A DNA stretch of 64,000 nt from Gemmatimonadota bacterium (lineage in GTDB: Bacteria > Gemmatimonadota > Gemmatimonadetes > Palauibacterales > KS3-K002). This document shows positions 60,020-64,000 of the stretch, piece by piece (position 1 is the first letter of the stretch; each line of letters opens with the position of its first letter). The notes beneath the pieces were generated by a model. That model searched no databases. It had not been told where the DNA came from and was given only the letters and a program-made list of their open reading frames with translations. Both the position numbers and the translations under genes were made by a program. The stretch lies in NCBI GenBank assembly GCA_039586795.1, contig JBDHJS010000016.1, positions 81,617 through 145,616 of the forward strand. The letters are read 5' to 3'.

Positions 60020-60775
60020 TTAGCGACTCGCTAGACCTCCGGCGGTCTCACCTCCATCGATGACGTAGACCTGGCCAGTAAGGTACGCGGCTTCATCAGA
60101 GGCGAGGAAAGCGAACAGCGCGGCGACTTCTTCCGGTCGGCCGTGTCGCCCAAGGGGAATCTTCGCGTTCACCTCTTCGAACATCTCCGGCGTATACTCC
60201 GCCTCCTGCATCGGCGTCATGATGTAGCCGGGACAGACGACGTTCACCCTCACGTCTGGCGCCAGCTCGAGCGCCATCGATCGCGTTAACTCGACGACGC
60301 CCGCCTTTGCCGAGTTGTAATCGGCGTAATGTCGGTAACCGACCAGGGCGTTCGTCGAGCCCGTATTGAGGATGACGCCGCGACGTTCCTGCTTCATGCG
60401 GACCGCCGCCTGCTGCGCCACGTAGAACACGCCGTTTAGATTGACATCGATCACGCGCCGCCAGTCCTCCGGGCTGATCTTGCCGAGGTCGTCGTGGCGG
60501 ATGCTGATCCCGGCGTTGTTGATCAGCACATCGATGCCGCCGAGTAGCTCGTCCAGTTCGTCGAACGCGCCTACCACCCGCGCTGCGTCGCTGACGTCGG
60601 CCTGAATGACGCCTGACAGACCCGGCAGTTCCTGTTGGATCTTGCGGCAGCCGATGTCGTCGCGGTCGAGCACCACCACCCTGGCGCCCTCCTCGAGAAA
60701 GCGCGCCGCCGTCGCCGCCCCGATGCCACTGGCGCCGCCGGTGATGAGCACCCGGCTATTGTTGAGCCCTTGCAT
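60020..60775 (-). CDS. Short-chain dehydrogenase/reductase
   Basis: TGGASGIG, NNAG, YNSAK, VNVVCPG. Confidence 0.92.
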   Translation of the reverse strand: MQGLNNSRVLITGGASGIGAATAARFLEEGARVVVLDRDDIGCRKIQQELPGLSGVIQADVSDAARVVGAFDELDELLGGIDVLINNAGISIRHDDLGKISPEDWRRVIDVNLNGVFYVAQQAAVRMKQERRGVILNTGSTNALVGYRHYADYNSAKAGVVELTRSMALELAPDVRVNVVCPGYIMTPMQEAEYTPEMFEEVNAKIPLGRHGRPEEVAALFAFLASDEAAYLTGQVYVIDGGETAGGLASR

Positions 60776-60784
60776 GTTCTCTCC

Positions 60785-61579
60785 TTAGCCCGATCCGGCC
60801 AAGCCGCCGCCATCCACGACCAGCGAGATCCCCGTCACCGAGGCCGACGCGTCGCTCGCCAGGTAGAGCGCGGCCTGAGCTATGTCTTCCGGCTGCAGGA
60901 TTCTCTTCAGCGGTCGATCGGCCGCTTCGGCCAGAAAGCGGTCAACCGGCTCGCCCAGCTGCTCCGCCTCGTCTCGCAGCATCGGCGTGTCCGTGTCGCC
61001 GGGGCAGATGCAGTTGACCCTGATGTTCTGTGGGCCGTGGTCTAGGGCCATCGCCTTGGTCATGACGACGATTGCGCCTTTGGACGCGCAGTACGACACG
61101 GCGCGGCGACCGCCTGCCAGTCCCCAGCCGGATGATGTGTTGACGATCGACCCGCCGCCCGCGCGCTCCATGTGCGGAATGGCGTACTTTGACATCAGGT
61201 AGACCGATCTCACGTTCACCGCCATTACACGATCCCAGTCGTCTTCGTCGAGTTCCGTGGTCGAGGCGCGGCGGATGATGCCCGCGTTGTTGAATAAAAC
61301 GTCTAGCGTGCCAAAGGTGTCGACCGTCTGGTCCACAGCGCGCCTGCAATCCTGTGATTCGCTCACGTCGCCCGCTACGAACAGCGCTCGGCCGCCGCCG
61401 CCCGTGACCTCGCGGACCACGGCCTGACCGCCCGCCTCGTCCAGATCCATCAGCGAAACTGCTGCGCCCTCACGAGCGAAGAGCTTCGCCGCCGCGGCGC
61501 CGATTCCTGAAGCGGCTCCGGTGATGAGTGCCACCTGGTCTCTCAGCTTGCCGTCCCGGGACTTCTCAACCTTCGACAT
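60785..61579 (-). CDS. Short-chain dehydrogenase/reductase
   Basis: TGAASGIG, NNAG, YCASK, VNCICPGDTDTPML. Confidence 0.92.
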   Translation of the reverse strand: MSKVEKSRDGKLRDQVALITGAASGIGAAAAKLFAREGAAVSLMDLDEAGGQAVVREVTGGGGRALFVAGDVSESQDCRRAVDQTVDTFGTLDVLFNNAGIIRRASTTELDEDDWDRVMAVNVRSVYLMSKYAIPHMERAGGGSIVNTSSGWGLAGGRRAVSYCASKGAIVVMTKAMALDHGPQNIRVNCICPGDTDTPMLRDEAEQLGEPVDRFLAEAADRPLKRILQPEDIAQAALYLASDASASVTGISLVVDGGGLAGSG

Positions 61580-62894
61580 CGATCAGCGCTTTCTTGACGG
61601 CCTCCAGCGTGAACGCCACGTCGTCATCTGTATGAGCCAGCGAAGTCAAAGAATGTGTCCCGGCGCCCGGCGACATGTAGACGCCATGCTTGAACAGCGC
61701 CAGGGCGAACCGCTGGTACTTATCCCGGTCCACGTGTTCGCAGAAATCTCGGTAGTCGCTGATCTGGTCCCGCTTGGTGAACATGATCTGAAACATGGGA
61801 CCGACCGCCTGCACGATCGCCTTCACTCCGTTCACGCCCAGAACATCCCGTAGCCCGGCGACCATCTTCTCGCCGATGTCCCAGACATGTTTGAAGTAGG
61901 CGCCGTCCGCCTCGTTCATCTCGCGCAGACACGCCCGGGCCGCATACATGCCGATCCGCGCGGCATTGTAGGTTCCGTAGTGAAGCACGCCGCCCCAGGC
62001 CAGCGCTTCCATTATCTCCGCCCTGCCGCAGAAGGCGGCTACGGGAAGACCGCCGCCCAACGCCTTACCGAACGTCGAGATGTCCGGGTCCAGGTTGTAA
62101 TACTCCTGGCAGCCACCCGGGGCGATCCGGAAGCCCGTCACCATCTCGTCGAGGATGAACAAGATGCCGTTGTCCCGTGCCAACTGCTGCAGCCCCTTGA
62201 GGAAGTCCCGGCCCGGCGGGATGACGCCTATGTTTGCCTGGATTCCCTCGCAGATTACTGCCGCGATCTGTCCGCGGTGCGCATCGATGGCTCGCTGCAA
62301 CGCGTTCAGGTCGTTCCAGGGGACGACGATCGTGTCGTGCAAGGCGCGTCGGTTGAGCCCCGAGCTGTCCGCGATCTTGATCGGATCGTTTCGGTGACCC
62401 AGCGAAGCCAGCGGATGCGGGTGGGCGTTGGCCAAGAAGTCGTCGTGCCAGCCGTGGTAGTGCCCTTCGAACTTGATGAACTTCGGCCTGCCCGTGTAGC
62501 CGCGCGCCAACCGGATCGCCGCCATCGTCGCTTCGGTTCCGGAGTTTGTAAATCGCACTCTTTCGGCGCTCGGGACCATCTGCTGTATGAGCTCCGCTAC
62601 CTGAACTTCTGTCTCGGTTGCCGCGGAGTACTGCGTACCTCTCGAGGCGCCGACGCTCAGGGCGTGAACGATCCGTGGGTGCGCGTGACCCAGCGGCAGC
62701 GCTCCGTACGACATCATCCAGTCGACATATTTGTTGCCGTCGACATCGTAGATGTGGCTTCCCTCGCCCCGATCGATGAAAAGCGGGTACTCACCGTAGT
62801 TGGCGGGTCCGCGCGACGGTGAGCTGCCGCCTTCTACCAGAACGTTGAGGGCCCGCTGGAATAGCTCCCTGGACTTCTCGGTAGAGTAGGTCAT
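61566..62894 (-). CDS. Class III PLP aminotransferase (glutamate-1-semialdehyde aminomutase-like paralog)
   Basis: DVDGNKYVD, RFTNSGTEATMAAIRLARGYTGR, KFEGHYHG, DEMVTGFR, TFGKALGGG. Confidence 0.85.
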   Translation of the reverse strand: MTYSTEKSRELFQRALNVLVEGGSSPSRGPANYGEYPLFIDRGEGSHIYDVDGNKYVDWMMSYGALPLGHAHPRIVHALSVGASRGTQYSAATETEVQVAELIQQMVPSAERVRFTNSGTEATMAAIRLARGYTGRPKFIKFEGHYHGWHDDFLANAHPHPLASLGHRNDPIKIADSSGLNRRALHDTIVVPWNDLNALQRAIDAHRGQIAAVICEGIQANIGVIPPGRDFLKGLQQLARDNGILFILDEMVTGFRIAPGGCQEYYNLDPDISTFGKALGGGLPVAAFCGRAEIMEALAWGGVLHYGTYNAARIGMYAARACLREMNEADGAYFKHVWDIGEKMVAGLRDVLGVNGVKAIVQAVGPMFQIMFTKRDQISDYRDFCEHVDRDKYQRFALALFKHGVYMSPGAGTHSLTSLAHTDDDVAFTLEAVKKALIDVEG

Positions 62895-63049
62895 AGTCTG
62901 TCGCTTGTTGTTGGTGCAGCCGGTCCCACATCCTGTCACACAGCGAATCACGCCGCAACCGGTTGGCCGCGACTTGTGGCCCCGGGCCTATGATCCCAGA
63001 TTGGTCCGCTGTACCTCACGTGGCGATCCACTGAACAGGAGCGAGCGGT

Positions 63050-63979
63050 ATGAAACTCACCCGTCGTGAGATGCTGAAAATATCCGCTGGCGCCGGCGCG
63101 GCGATGGCGCTGGGCCCGCGGCTGCCAGCATTCGCCCAAACCTCAGAGATCGTGAAGCGTCCGATCCCGTCGAGCGGTGAGTTGGTCCCGGTCGTTGGCG
63201 TGGGCACGGCCCGGACCTTCAATGTGGAACCGATAGATGAGGCGCTGGCTCCGCTGCGCGACGTCATGCGGAAATTCGTCGAGATGGGCGGCACCCTGCT
63301 CGACACCGCGACGGGCTATCGGAACTCCGAGATGGTTTCCGGCCTGCTGGCCGAGCAGACAGGAGTGAACGACCAGCTATTCGTTGCCACAAAGGTCGGA
63401 GCGGACGACTCGGCGACCGGCCAGCAACAGATGGAGAAATCGTTCGACCTGCTGAAGCGTAGCGTCATCGATCTCATGCAGGTCCACAACCTGCGGAACT
63501 GGCAGGAGCAGCTGGCCATGTGCCGGGAGTGGAAAGCGGCAGGTCGCTTCCGCTACATCGGGATCACTACATCGAACGCCCGGCAGTACGAGAATTTCGT
63601 AGCGGTGATGGAACAAGAAGACATGGACTTCATCCAGGTGAACTACTCGCTTGGGCAGAGAACGGCGGAGGAGCGCATTCTGCCGCTGGCCGCCGATCGC
63701 GGCATGGCCGTCCTGGTCAACTTGCCGTACGGGCGCGGCCGGTTGTTCCAGGCCGTAGAAGGCCACGAATTGCCGGAGTGGGCGGCTGAGTTTGATGCGA
63801 ACAGCTGGGGCCAGTTCTTCCTCAAGTGGATCATCGGGCACCCGGCCGTGACCTGTCCGATCCCGGCAACGACCAAGGTTCACCACATGGAAGACAATAT
63901 GGGCGCGGCGTATGGTCGGATGCCGGATGAGCAGATGCGCCGTCGGATGACGGAGTTCTTCGATGAGATCGCGGGGTAG
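63050..63979 (+). CDS. Aldo/keto reductase with a Tat signal peptide
   Basis: TRREMLK signal; GVGT, DTATGY..SE, ATKV, DLMQVHNL, IPAT; AGGAG RBS. Confidence 0.9.
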   Translation: MKLTRREMLKISAGAGAAMALGPRLPAFAQTSEIVKRPIPSSGELVPVVGVGTARTFNVEPIDEALAPLRDVMRKFVEMGGTLLDTATGYRNSEMVSGLLAEQTGVNDQLFVATKVGADDSATGQQQMEKSFDLLKRSVIDLMQVHNLRNWQEQLAMCREWKAAGRFRYIGITTSNARQYENFVAVMEQEDMDFIQVNYSLGQRTAEERILPLAADRGMAVLVNLPYGRGRLFQAVEGHELPEWAAEFDANSWGQFFLKWIIGHPAVTCPIPATTKVHHMEDNMGAAYGRMPDEQMRRRMTEFFDEIAG

Positions 63980-64000
63980 TTCGACGGTCGATGACCGACG

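Noticed and set aside
28348..64000. Accessory half as an integrated element or prophage
   Set aside because: No integrase, transposase, phage gene, tRNA target or flanking direct repeat is visible

Overview
GC-rich bacterial window with no rRNA, tRNA, CRISPR array or transposase/integrase that I can recognise. Gene content and order (TonB receptor, trxA/mce, valS-Ig-like lipoprotein-selA-gmhB-purN-purH, several duplicated orphan ABC permeases and 6-bladed beta-propeller lipoproteins) suggest a Gemmatimonadota-like genome; this is inference, not a database result. About 1-28.3 kb is housekeeping: two Hsp20 genes, clpB with a consensus sigma54 promoter, trxA, rsmI, a DUF4159/DUF4175/TPR cluster, a dapL-like aminotransferase, valS, selA, purN and purH. 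About 28.3-64 kb is accessory-looking: exported hydrolases, three orphan MacB-type permeases, three propeller lipoproteins, an Lrp pair with one copy frameshifted, and small catabolic modules. The most striking unexplained signal is two divergent copies (about 52030-52264 and about 58755-58992) of a roughly 235-nt structured RNA. Each copy sits behind its own TTGACA promoter and has a covarying closing stem, conserved core motifs, a possible pseudoknot and a long downstream duplex. One precedes an M23 peptidase and the other an unannotated 43-aa membrane protein. Also notable are a heptamer-periodic palindromic dispersed repeat, a mirror-image G/C codon skew around a palindrome between gmhB and purN, and an apparent CTG start. 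All product calls come from motif recognition by eye.
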